Source: Candidatus Poribacteria bacterium
GTDB taxonomy: Bacteria; Poribacteria; WGA-4E; WGA-3G
Direction of reading: 5' to 3'
DNA length: 64,000 nucleotides
NCBI GenBank assembly: GCA_965215265.1
Contig: OZ244048.1
Span: 64,001-128,000 of the forward strand
Positions 1-9,388 of this stretch are shown piece by piece. The notes below the pieces were generated by a model. That model was not told the origin of the DNA. It saw nothing but the letters and a program-made list of their open reading frames with translations, and ran no database searches. The stretch's first letter is position 1. The number at the start of each line of letters is the position of its first letter. A program made the translations under genes and the position numbers.

Positions 1-2471
1 GAGATGGCGACGCGCCAGTTGGTGAAGTTCGTGTCTTTTTCGTCTAAGATGCGGAGGCGGATGCGATGCTCACTCCACCGTTTCTGGATGGTGCCGTAGA
101 ATTTGGTGAGATACTTGCGGAGCAGTGTGAGGACGAGTTGCTCTACCCGGGCGAGTTCTGTGAGAGACGTGGGTATGATGTCAGTTTCGTCTCTGATGGC
201 GAGTTGATAGGTGCCAGCGTCTGGGGCGATGATGCGTTTGAGGGTGGGGGTATCGAAGATGAGATTGTGATACTGCTTTTGCTGTTTGTATTCGATGAGT
301 TGGAGGTAGATTGCTTCCCAGTTGAGGAGGTTGAGGCTGTCGTGTGGGATGTGTGCGTGGGTTATGGCGGGTTGTGCGGTGCTGTCTTGTATGCTTTCGG
401 TGTTGCGACTTTGTAGGATTTCAACGGTTTGGGTGCGATGGGTGATATAGATGCCTGGGTTGACGGCTAAGGGCACGCAGGTGTCTTTCGCGTCGTCGCG
501 GTAGGCTGGGACTTCTGGGACAAACAGCGGTGCCTGTAGCCAATCTTTGTTGGGTTTGATGGGGATTTCTATGTGGACAGGTTCTTCTGCAGGGATACCT
601 TCACGGGTGAGGTATTCTCGGAATTGTGCCATGAAGTTTGCCCGGACGGCGAAGATGTTGAGGGTTTCCAATAGCCGGAGATGGGGTGGATGTTCGCCGT
701 CGAGGGCGCTGCTGCGTTTTAGGCTCATCTGTTTGCCGCGCAGGCGCACTCCGCGCCCGAAGAGTTGTATGATTTGTGCGCCTTCTTGCCTGCCGATGTT
801 GAGCAGTCCCATGGCGGTGACACGCCAGCTGTCCCAGCCCTCTATGAACTTTTTGGCGCCGATGAGGAGATTGATGGGGCTCGTGGGCGTGTTGATGTGG
901 GTGAAAAGGCTCTCCGTGATGAGATTATCGGTGTCGAAGACGATGGCGGCATCATCGGTTTCAACGAGTTTTTTGAAGGAAGCGGTATCGCCGATGTAGA
1001 GCAGTCCGAAGTTCTGGCGGCCGTGTGTGGCTTTGAGTGCGATTTCGCCGGGTGCGTTTCGGATGTGAGAGAGATGCAGTGCGCCATGGGTATCGGTATG
1101 GAAGACTTCTGTGAGGATGGCGGTGTATATGTCGGCTGGGGTTTTGTGAAGTTGAGAGAGCAGAGGGAATTGGTTGGCGAAGACATCGGTGCCGTTTTCA
1201 TCGGTGAGCCCGCTCTCTCCATTCAGGATTTTGGCGAGGGTGCGGATGGCCCAGTTGTGCGGGTTTTTTAGGAATCGGTGGAGGAATCGGAGGACGGTGA
1301 GGACATCGGAGCGTTTTGTGTGCTTTTCGGTATAGACGGCGTTGACTTTGCTGCCGACGAACGCCCAGAGGGGTGCGTCTAATCCATAGGTGTGTGCGAT
1401 GTCTCGGTTGTGTGTGAAGTAGTGGTGCTGTTGGTAGAAAGCGAGGAGATTGGCGAGGAGGAGCGTCTCGGTTTGGGTGTGTTCGTCGTGTTTGAGGTTG
1501 AGGATGCGGAAGTCTTTTCCGTAGCCGTCTGCGTAAAAGTGGCGGTATGAATAGTCGAAGACGATGGCTTTGCCGTATTCCTCAACGCGTTCTCGGTTTT
1601 TTGCGGCGGCGAGCGCTTGTCCGAAGGTGGCGCTGTATTCAAAGGTGAAGCCTGTCTGGGCGAGTTGTTGGCGAAGGTGGCGCCAGACATCTCCGCCGGT
1701 GCCTTTGTGTCCCTCATCAACGAAAATAAGGTTGTTGCCCTCAAACGCCTCAACGGGTATGGTGTCGCCTTCTCCTGTTTTTTGGATGACGAGTTTTGTG
1801 ATTTCGAGTATCTGTATGGCGTTGTGTGTGTGTGCGATGCGGTTTCGGTGCATTTGGAAGCGTTCTGCGGGGATGTCAGAGTTTGCGAGTTCGCGCCGGT
1901 GTTGTTCGCTCAAAGCCTCGTTGGGCGTGATGAGCAGAATGTCATCCAACGGGGTTTGGCAGTAGTGTCGGAACTGGTGGTAGTTGATGTGGAGAATGAG
2001 GGTTTTGCCTGCCCCTGTCGCCATCCAGAAGGCGAGTTTATCGAGTTCTGCGTCGGTGAAGCGGGCGTGTTGGGGTTCGCCGGGGGCTTTGTCGGCGTTG
2101 CGTTGTTGGACGAAGGCGTTGAGGTGGTGCAAGAAGGCGGTGCGTTTATTCAATGTCCAATCGAGGCAGATTTCGGTGTAGAGGAGTGCGAGGTATTGGA
2201 AATAGCGGAGGCGGATGGGTTGGATTCGGGTGCGGTTGATGGCATTGAGGTGGCGTTGGATGTTGGCATCGTAGGTTGGGAGTGCGTCTGCGATTGGCGG
2301 TGTGGCGCGTGCGCGGAGCGCTTCAGTGAGGGCGGCGTGTCCGTCTTGGCTGAGGCGTTCCGCTTCGTTTTTCATGGCGTGGAGCAGCTCGCCGGTGGTG
2401 TTGTAGCCGAAGTTGTGATTGAGCCAGGCGTGGCGGAGGAGCTCGGTTTCTAGGCTGCGAGGTTTGGACAT
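1..2471 (-). CDS. res: Type III restriction enzyme Res subunit (DEAD/DEAH-like helicase); 3' end runs off the window
   Basis: Not in the ORF track (no stop in window). Manual translation from ATG 2471 gives MSKPRSLETELLRHAWLNHNFGY..., Walker A LAFWMATGAGKTL (~2000-2040), LIFVDEGHKG (~1700-1730) and FEYSATF. Lies downstream of mod. Confidence 0.9.
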   Translation of the reverse strand, partial: MSKPRSLETELLRHAWLNHNFGYNTTGELLHAMKNEAERLSQDGHAALTEALRARATPPIADALPTYDANIQRHLNAINRTRIQPIRLRYFQYLALLYTEICLDWTLNKRTAFLHHLNAFVQQRNADKAPGEPQHARFTDAELDKLAFWMATGAGKTLILHINYHQFRHYCQTPLDDILLITPNEALSEQHRRELANSDIPAERFQMHRNRIAHTHNAIQILEITKLVIQKTGEGDTIPVEAFEGNNLIFVDEGHKGTGGDVWRHLRQQLAQTGFTFEYSATFGQALAAAKNRERVEEYGKAIVFDYSYRHFYADGYGKDFRILNLKHDEHTQTETLLLANLLAFYQQHHYFTHNRDIAHTYGLDAPLWAFVGSKVNAVYTEKHTKRSDVLTVLRFLHRFLKNPHNWAIRTLAKILNGESGLTDENGTDVFANQFPLLSQLHKTPADIYTAILTEVFHTDTHGALHLSHIRNAPGEIALKATHGRQNFGLLYIGDTASFKKLVETDDAAIVFDTDNLITESLFTHINTPTSPINLLIGAKKFIEGWDSWRVTAMGLLNIGRQEGAQIIQLFGRGVRLRGKQMSLKRSSALDGEHPPHLRLLETLNIFAVRANFMAQFREYLTREGIPAEEPVHIEIPIKPNKDWLQAPLFVPEVPAYRDDAKDTCVPLAVNPGIYITHRTQTVEILQSRNTESIQDSTAQPAITHAHIPHDSLNLLNWEAIYLQLIEYKQQKQYHNLIFDTPTLKRIIAPDAGTYQLAIRDETDIIPTSLTELARVEQLVLTLLRKYLTKFYGTIQKRWSEHRIRLRILDEKDTNFTNWRVAI

Positions 2472-2535
2472 AGTGCGAATTCCTTGAAAAGTAGACATTT
2501 GCTTTAGCGAAAGACAATAGGGGCTGTTCGGACAC

Positions 2536-3273
2536 TCATGACGGTTGTTTCCCGTTTGTTGTTTCTGCGTTCTTCTCTAATTGTTGCGTTAAATGTTTCG
2601 GAGCTCCTATCATGTCTTTTGCGGTTCCGGGGGTGACATCTACGAGGTTTTGCTCTGCGTTGAGTGCTTTGTAGGTAATCAGGGTTTTGAGGAGTTGGTG
2701 TGCGAGGTTCACGTGTTTTATGGCCTTTTCCGGTTCTTCTTCTTGAAAGGCGAGTTGTTTGGTGTAGCCGTAGAGGTTGTTCAATTCCGTAGCGATGTTA
2801 TCTGCGTTTTGCAGGTTGGCATCGTTGTAGCTGGCACAAAAGTCTCTGCGGGTTTCGTAAAACAGTGTCTCGTATTTTTTAGGAAATTGGCGATGGGTAA
2901 TGTCGAACCTGCGAAGTTGCTCTGAGAGTTTTTTGGTGACTGTGATCATAAATTCCTTAGGCAGTCCTGGGTTTCCAAAATAGGATGCCAAGCTGGTGAT
3001 TACGTCGGCGCTGGTGATATCCGACTCTGGGGGGAGATTCCACGACTCCATTCTTTTCTCCGTGGCTTCTATTCGCATGTTTAATGCCTTGAATAAATCG
3101 GCCGCTTTTTCTATAAGCTCCACCGAGGCGTTCTCTTCAAGGCTTTCTTCGAGGTGTGGCTGCAATACATCGTGAAAAAATTCTGACATGAATGCCGCAA
3201 GGACATCAGAGCGTTTCATAAATCGCGCGTAGCATTTGACGGCGAATTGCTTGTGTTTTTCTTTGAATTTCAT
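2536..3273 (-). CDS. Hypothetical protein, DUF2280-like, inserted between mod and res
   Basis: AAGGAGA RBS before ATG 3273 (MKFKEKHKQF...). Segments 'KQFAVKCYARF..SDVLAAF..EF' and 'FDIT...PKKYETLFYETRRDF...N...VNLAHQLLK' resemble the DUF2280 pattern as recalled. Confidence 0.55.
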   Translation of the reverse strand: MKFKEKHKQFAVKCYARFMKRSDVLAAFMSEFFHDVLQPHLEESLEENASVELIEKAADLFKALNMRIEATEKRMESWNLPPESDITSADVITSLASYFGNPGLPKEFMITVTKKLSEQLRRFDITHRQFPKKYETLFYETRRDFCASYNDANLQNADNIATELNNLYGYTKQLAFQEEEPEKAIKHVNLAHQLLKTLITYKALNAEQNLVDVTPGTAKDMIGAPKHLTQQLEKNAETTNGKQPS

Positions 3274-3401
3274 CTTTTTATTTCTCCTTAAAACGTTACC
3301 GTTTGGTAACGTTTTTCTGTTTTTGGTAACATGTTGCATCTAGTTGATAACGCACGCCCTGTATAGGTGCAGAGGCGTTTTCTCTCATATTTCCCCCCCC
3401 C

Positions 3402-3443
3402 AAAAAAAGGCGGAACCGGTAACATTTTCGCGCCCGCCGGTTC
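3402..3443 (-). terminator. Putative intrinsic terminator after mod
   Basis: Minus strand GAACCGGCGG...ACCGGTTCCGCC followed by T7, directly after the mod stop. Confidence 0.5.
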
Positions 3444-6400
3444 ACGGTTCGGTGAACATTAACTGTTTGAAGAGCACGTCCAACGCTTTTGCCTCGGGGA
3501 CGATGCTGTCGGTGTTCACATAGAGCGTGTCTGCGTGTTCCGTGAGTTTATGGTGTTGAATAAAACGAGAGTCTCTTTCCCAATCTTCCGGTTGCCAGCC
3601 GTGCGTCTCTCGCCAGATAATCGTGACGCTCTTCGCCTGGAGAGTGCCACGGTAGACGAGGTAGCGTCTGGCTTTATCGTAGAAGACGCGCCGGGTTTTG
3701 ACGGTGAGCCCAAGCAGGTAGTTGAAGGTTTCCGGAATGTCTATGGTTTGTGTTTGTGTGTTTAGCCCGGTGACGATGTTGAGTTGATAGTGAAATGGGG
3801 TTTGGAGCTTCTCAATGTTGAGCAGCGTTGGGCTCTCATGGGTTTCGTTTCCTAACAGATAGCGTAGCATCGGTTCTTGAAAGAGCGGATTTTGGTGTGT
3901 TTTGAACTGGATGTTGTTGAGTGTATCTTCGTAGGATTCTATGCGTTGGTATTTGAAGAGGTGTGAGAGTTTGCTTTGGCGTGATGTGGGTTTTGCGTGT
4001 TTCCAGTTTTGTGCGTATATGGCTTTGAGGAGCCGGGGTTTGAGAGCGGTGTTGAAGTGGTGTCCCATTTCTACGAGAATATATTTTCGGTTGCCGTTGT
4101 CTTGGCGGTTCAGGTTGATGGTGGCGTGGGCGGTGGTGCCAGAACCTGCGAAGTAGTCTAAGACAGTATCGTTTTTACCCAGCGAAGAGACGCGGAGGCA
4201 ATCCTCTACGAGATAGATGGACTTCGGATATGGAAATGCAAAATTGTCGCTGAACATATCTGTGAGAAAAGTCGTTCCATATCTACCAGCAGCGTATACA
4301 TTTTTATCCCACCATGTTTTTGGCAATATACCCTCCTCTTTTAGGAACCACTTTAAGCGGATTCGGATATTCCCATTTTTATCTTTTCTCGCATACAGTT
4401 CGGATGATGATAACATCGCCTCCACCCGTTCTATCGAGTATTGCCATGTCACTTCATTTCCATTTGGCTGAATCGGTAATACTTCTGTTTCATTCGGGGT
4501 AGGGGATTCTAATAGTTGCCACTGCCTAGCTTCTTCATCCCACTCAATTTTCGGAATGCGTATGTTCTGATCGCTCACGAAAAGCGGGTAGAACATACGC
4601 GGGCTGTTTTCCCGCAGTTTATTAGGGCCTCCGGCATCATTCCTGAGATTTACCCATCTGAAACGGCGGCCTTGATTGTCAATATCTTTATAGTTTTTGA
4701 GTTGTTTTTCCGTCCATTTAACATGTCCGACCTTTACGTCAGGTTTCTTGCCGAAGAACATGGCATATTCGTGACATGCAGCGAGTCTCTTAGGTGTTGT
4801 GACCCCGGATATGTTTGTACAGACCACTGCAACCCCAAGTTCATTTTCTTTGCCAAATAGCTGTTGGAGAAGCTGCCAAAGGTTAGGAGCTTCCACTTCA
4901 TCAATGGCGGCACAGAAGGTACCGTTGTTTGTTAATAACTCCCGGGAAATAGCAATTCGGTCAGCCATGAGAGACATCCATGATGAATCTTTATAGTCAT
5001 TCTTATACAAAATTGGGGAGCCTTTGGTGTTATAGGGCGGATCTATGTAGATGGCTTTCACGGTGTCTCGGTATTTCGCGGTGAGGAGGTTTAACGCTTG
5101 GAAATTCTCTCCATGAATGAGCAGTCCATCGGTTTGGGCATCCAGTTCGTCGAAGTGTGCCAGCAGCCGGTCTTTGAAGTCTGCGTCGAAGTGACAGGTA
5201 TCCAGAACGAGGTTCGGGTTTTGCTGGAGGAATGCCACCGTGAGCGGCTCAGAATAGTCGGTGTTGATGAGGTGGCCTGCGATATCCTCAATGGCGAAGA
5301 GGTGCTGCCACGCCTCGCGTTGTGCGCGGTTGTGAGCGATTTCGGGGTAGAACGCTTCCGGGACCCGGTCGAGCGTGAGGCAGTAGTCGGTAGAGAGGAC
5401 GAATTTCTTTTTGAGCCAGAGGCGTTTCTGAAAGTCTTCTATGTCAGCGAGGAAGTGGATGAGTTGTGTGGCGATGCGGTGAACGAGTTGTGCGGTTTCA
5501 AGCCAAGGTGGCGGCGTGGGGCCGTTTCCATTTGCCCGTACCGCCCCCCCCCTTGATATGTGTTAAGTATAAAGCCAGACAGAGGGATAACCTCGTTTTT
5601 TAGATATACATCTAACTCACGCGTCAGGAATCGCTTCAGCGCCTTGTGGATGAAGAAGTCCGACGTGTTGCGGCGCGTGTAGGTGCGCAGGTGTTTCTTC
5701 AGCGTGCTTAGTTCATCCGTGCGGCGCTCTAGGGCAGACAGCACTTCATAGTGAGCGCTCAGGTTTGCTAGGATTTCAGGTTCAGCGGCATCCAGGATTT
5801 TCTCTTGTTGTTTCTGCTTGCCGTAGCGCTTCTTTTCCGCATCAGTGAGCGGACGATGTTCAAACGGGAGCTCCAGCTGCTTGGTTTCCGGGCGATACTG
5901 CGTTTCGGCAGAGAGCGGAATGAAGAAGCGTTTCGCGCCTTTGACGTTGTCCTTTTCTATGTCTATGGTGCGGAGCGAGAAGGTGACAGTAATCGCTTCG
6001 GCTTTGAACGTGTAACCGGTGAAATGCTCTCCGCTTTTGACGTAGTATTGTTCTCGGTTTGCCCAGTGGAGGTAGACTTCTTCGCCGTTATACGGGATGG
6101 CGTATCGTTGGGTTTGCGTGTAGCGTCTGCGTGGGAGGAAGTCGCCATTTTCGTAGTAGCGTGAGAAAAAGGTGTAGAGGTGATTGAAAACGGCATCGGC
6201 GCGCTCGGTTTGGGTTCTGGGGGTGCCGAGTTGTTGTTTTGCGGTGAGGTATTGCTGGACAAGTGGGGCTTGTCTGAAGTTCTCGTTGAGCAGGTTTCCG
6301 TCTGCGTCTAAGACGGTGTCGCCGAGGGTTTGTTGTATCTGTTTTGCGAGGGTTTCTATCTGTTGGTGTGCATTTTCTGCGTGTGTGTCTGCGTGGAGCG

Positions 6401-6557
6401 CGTCGTTGATGAGGGTGGGGAGCTCGGTATCTATAAAGTTTTGGATTTGGTTGCGGCGGTAGTTAATGATGCGGTAGATGCCGAAGTCGAGTTCGGCGGC
6501 ATCGGTACGGAAGAGTTGTTGGAGAAGCGTTTGGAGTTTCTGTTTTGGTGTTCGCAT
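3442..6557 (-). pseudogene. mod: Type III R-M N6-adenine methyltransferase Mod, split by a frameshift at a G9 tract (5544-5552); ~1038 aa if G10
   Basis: N-terminal part has LDFGIYRI, FFSRYY..GDF, IPYNGEEVYLHWAN and NTSDFFIHK. C-terminal frame is open from the tract onward (HFLADIEDFQKRLWLKKKFV..YCLTLDRV) and carries IYIDPPYNT and LDYFAGSGTT. Confidence 0.9.
5544..5552 (-). repeat. G9 homopolymer at the mod frameshift
   Basis: Plus strand ccg-CCCCCCCCC-ttg; G10 or G7 joins the two frames. Confidence 0.9.
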
Positions 6558-6806
6558 GAGTGTTGTTTTCAGGTTATTGGTTTGTTTTGTTTTAATTATA
6601 CATTATTTTTGAGGTATTGTCAAGGAAAAGTGAGCGGTTTTTGCTTTTTTTAGTCCACAACCTCCGCTGTCAGAAGCGAAAACGAAATCGCCAGAAAAAA
6701 AAGGGTGGCATCTTTACTGCCAAAAGTAGTATAATTTGAGTTAAGTCTTCACCGCTTTTTACCGGCGGGCTGCCCGAATGGCAGGCCCCCGGCACTGAGG
6801 AGAGAA

Positions 6807-7952
6807 ATGACGCAAGAAACCAAAGCCGTGGATACGCAGATGCAGCATATCCGCGCGCTGCTTGATGGACGCGTTGAACACTTCGCCGACAGAAGTGTGC
6901 GGCGCTTGCTACAAAACGGCGAAAACGTCCGGGGTGTGCTAGAAATCGTCGCCGCTGACATCGCAGAACGCATAGATTTTAGCCAACTCGTTCCACTCCC
7001 GAGAAGCCTGCTGCCGGAAGTGCTGCGGGAGCAGGAAGCGGATAGCGTGTTCCGCGTCCCGTTTAGAACCGAGACAGCCACCGAGGCGCTGCTCATCTAT
7101 CTGCTCGTCGAACATCAATCGACGGTGGATGCGACGATGGGGTTTCGGGTGCTGTTTTATATGATGCTGATTTGGGACGCACATCGCAGGCAATGGGAAC
7201 ACGACAAGGTGCCCAAACCGGCGCGGCGGTTGCCCCCGATACTGCCGATTGTGTTTTATACCGGCGAGCAGCAGTGGAAAACCCCGCTGACACTTGAGGC
7301 ACTGATGGACATCCCTGCTGAACTCGCCCGGTTCGTTCCTGCCTTTGAGACGCTGTTTTTGAGCGTGAAGCAAACCGATGTCGCCACACTGACTCAAACG
7401 CATCATCCGTTCGGGTGGCTTTTGACGGTGCTGCAAAAAGAGAGAGCAGACGAGGCGGAGATACGGGATGCGTTACGCACGGCGATAGCGCACCTTGATG
7501 AGTTTGATACGGTTGGTGCCGAACAGCGGCGTGAGGCGATAGTCTATTTCCTGCTACTCATCTTGCATCGTCGGCCGCTATCAGAACAAAGTGGCTTAGT
7601 AACATTAGTGGAACAACTCGCAGAAGATAAGATGGAGGTAAAACAGATGGCAGAAACCATGGCAGAAGTCCTGGTGCAACAAGGACTCAAACAAGGCATT
7701 GAGCAAGGCATTGAACAAGGCATTGAGCAAGGCATTGAGCAAGGCATTGAACAAGGCATTGAACAAGGTGCACGCCGGACGGCGATAGAAAACGTCATCA
7801 CGGTGCTCACCGCACGGTTCCCGCAGAGCGACGTGCAGACGACTCAACCGCACCTTGAAGCGATACCAGACCTGGCGCGGCTCAAGCAGCTACATCTCAT
7901 CGCCGTTGAGACACCCTGTTTTGAAGCGTTCATACAAGCCTTGCACACTTAG
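6807..7952 (+). CDS. Rpn family (YhgA-like, PD-(D/E)XK) nuclease / putative transposase
   Basis: EADSVFRV, LIYLLVEHQST, FRVLFYM, LPPILPIVFYTGE motifs; C-terminal GIEQ repeats. Confidence 0.9.
   Translation: MTQETKAVDTQMQHIRALLDGRVEHFADRSVRRLLQNGENVRGVLEIVAADIAERIDFSQLVPLPRSLLPEVLREQEADSVFRVPFRTETATEALLIYLLVEHQSTVDATMGFRVLFYMMLIWDAHRRQWEHDKVPKPARRLPPILPIVFYTGEQQWKTPLTLEALMDIPAELARFVPAFETLFLSVKQTDVATLTQTHHPFGWLLTVLQKERADEAEIRDALRTAIAHLDEFDTVGAEQRREAIVYFLLLILHRRPLSEQSGLVTLVEQLAEDKMEVKQMAETMAEVLVQQGLKQGIEQGIEQGIEQGIEQGIEQGIEQGARRTAIENVITVLTARFPQSDVQTTQPHLEAIPDLARLKQLHLIAVETPCFEAFIQALHT
7647..7952 (+). CDS. Putative internal in-frame small protein (RpnS-type antitoxin, 101 aa)
   Basis: GGAGGT at 7634-7639, 7 nt before an in-frame ATG at 7647 (MAETMAEVLVQQG...). 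Confidence 0.65.
   Translation: MAETMAEVLVQQGLKQGIEQGIEQGIEQGIEQGIEQGIEQGARRTAIENVITVLTARFPQSDVQTTQPHLEAIPDLARLKQLHLIAVETPCFEAFIQALHT
7692..7768 (+). repeat. 12-bp tandem repeat CAAGGCATTGA(G/A) x6, encoding QGIE
   Basis: Seen directly. Confidence 0.95.
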
Positions 7953-8234
7953 AGAGACATGAGAGTTTTGAGGGGTTCGCCTGTGTTGACATCCCAGAGC
8001 CGAATGGTAGTGAAATTCTTTTTCATCGTTTTTTACCTGCCTGCCGCAAGCTGCATTTTTCGGGTTTGCCACTTGGCTCGCTAAGAAGTATAACACAGCG
8101 TCATAAAAAAGTCACTCTTTTTTTAGATTAGAGTTTTTTGAAATGTGTTATCATCTGCTTCGGAGTTCTCTGTTTTGCATAAAATACCTGCTTATTCGTA
8201 AAAAATGGGGGTAAGTGGGGATGGTACATTTTCC

Positions 8235-8264
8235 TTGTCATAGTGTGCAGCATAATGCTATAAT
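8235..8264 (+). promoter_or_regulatory. Sigma70-type promoter
   Basis: TTGTCA-N18-TATAAT with extended TG. Confidence 0.55.
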
Positions 8265-8361
8265 AGTCTATGTTAGAATTTGACCTTGAGAGTTACACCT
8301 TAAATTAAGCAAGATTTATCCAACTTATATTTTGTGTAAATCGTAGTTATTATAAGGAAGG

Positions 8362-9111
8362 TTGAACATGAAAAAGTCTATTATGCTGATAAGCGGTGTC
8401 CTAATAGTTGGATGGGTTGGGATAATATCCGCTGGTGTCTGGACAGATCCGTTTGATGGTGCCGAACTTGTTGAGGAATGGAAATTTCGTGACTATCGGG
8501 ATAAGGTAACGACGTTTGAGGTGAAGGACGGTTTTTTACAGATGACAAATCCGGACGGCGGTTGGGGCCATACGACACCTGATAAGCCGATGCTGGAGCG
8601 TGAGATCCCCAAAAGTGCGGCGAAAAACCTAACCGTGAGCGGTATTTTTTCGACCGAGCCCGATAAACCGGCTGATTCTTGGATTGGCATTTTTATCTAT
8701 AGCGATGACGATTTGAATTATGCGTGTTTACTCTTTGGCGGTGAGGCAAATCAACCGCAGAAGACGCTCATCGGTAGTATGGTAGAAGCGAATTGGCAAG
8801 ATAAAGGGCATTTCCAAACCGGGTTTGATGTTCCAATTCATTTGAAAATCGTCAAAGAGGATGATCTTTTTTCCGGTTACTATCGTGAAAGTGAGAAAGA
8901 TGAGTGGACGTTGTCAGGTAGTAAAACGTGGAACCATAAGTTTGATGTAGAGCGTGTTGGGCTCGGATTCATGAACAGTTGGGGTGGCCAAACGGTTACA
9001 TTTCTTGTCGATACAGTCTCTATTGAAGGTGAAGGAATTAAACCTTTAGCGGTCGTTCCTCAGGATAAATTAACGACAACGTGGGGGACTTTGAAAGTGG
9101 CACGCGAATGA
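8362..9111 (+). CDS. Secreted concanavalin A-like / DUF1349-like beta-sandwich protein with a C-terminal TTWG tail
   Basis: Signal peptide MKKSIMLISGVLIVG...SA; beta-rich body (HLKIVKEDDLFSGYYR..W); ends LAVVPQDKLTTTWGTLK. Confidence 0.6.
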   Translation: MNMKKSIMLISGVLIVGWVGIISAGVWTDPFDGAELVEEWKFRDYRDKVTTFEVKDGFLQMTNPDGGWGHTTPDKPMLEREIPKSAAKNLTVSGIFSTEPDKPADSWIGIFIYSDDDLNYACLLFGGEANQPQKTLIGSMVEANWQDKGHFQTGFDVPIHLKIVKEDDLFSGYYRESEKDEWTLSGSKTWNHKFDVERVGLGFMNSWGGQTVTFLVDTVSIEGEGIKPLAVVPQDKLTTTWGTLKVARE

Positions 9112-9388
9112 ATATAAATAGCGTGACTTTTCGAGAAAAGAGAGGTTCGCTGTCCCGGCAAATCTCTCTTTTCTGAGTCATCTTAATCTGCAAGGTAAGC
9201 GGAAATGGCAACGGCATCGGGACGGACGCTCCAAGCATTACAAGTAAGTTAGTTCATAAACTAAATGACTCTGGGGATGCCCAGGATGCGTTTTTCTCAT
9301 CTGCAATACTAATCAGGAGTATGAAGACCGATTAATAAAAATTTTGTAATACGAAAAAGATAAAAACATAAAGGAGAATGCTACTGCG

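Noticed and set aside
66-2453. Plus-strand ORFs (66-416, 765-1271, 1617-2453 and others)
   Set aside because: Antisense shadows of the res gene, which carries clear helicase motifs on the minus strand
2323-2535. 70-aa ORF as the start of res
   Set aside because: Wrong frame; res starts at ATG 2471
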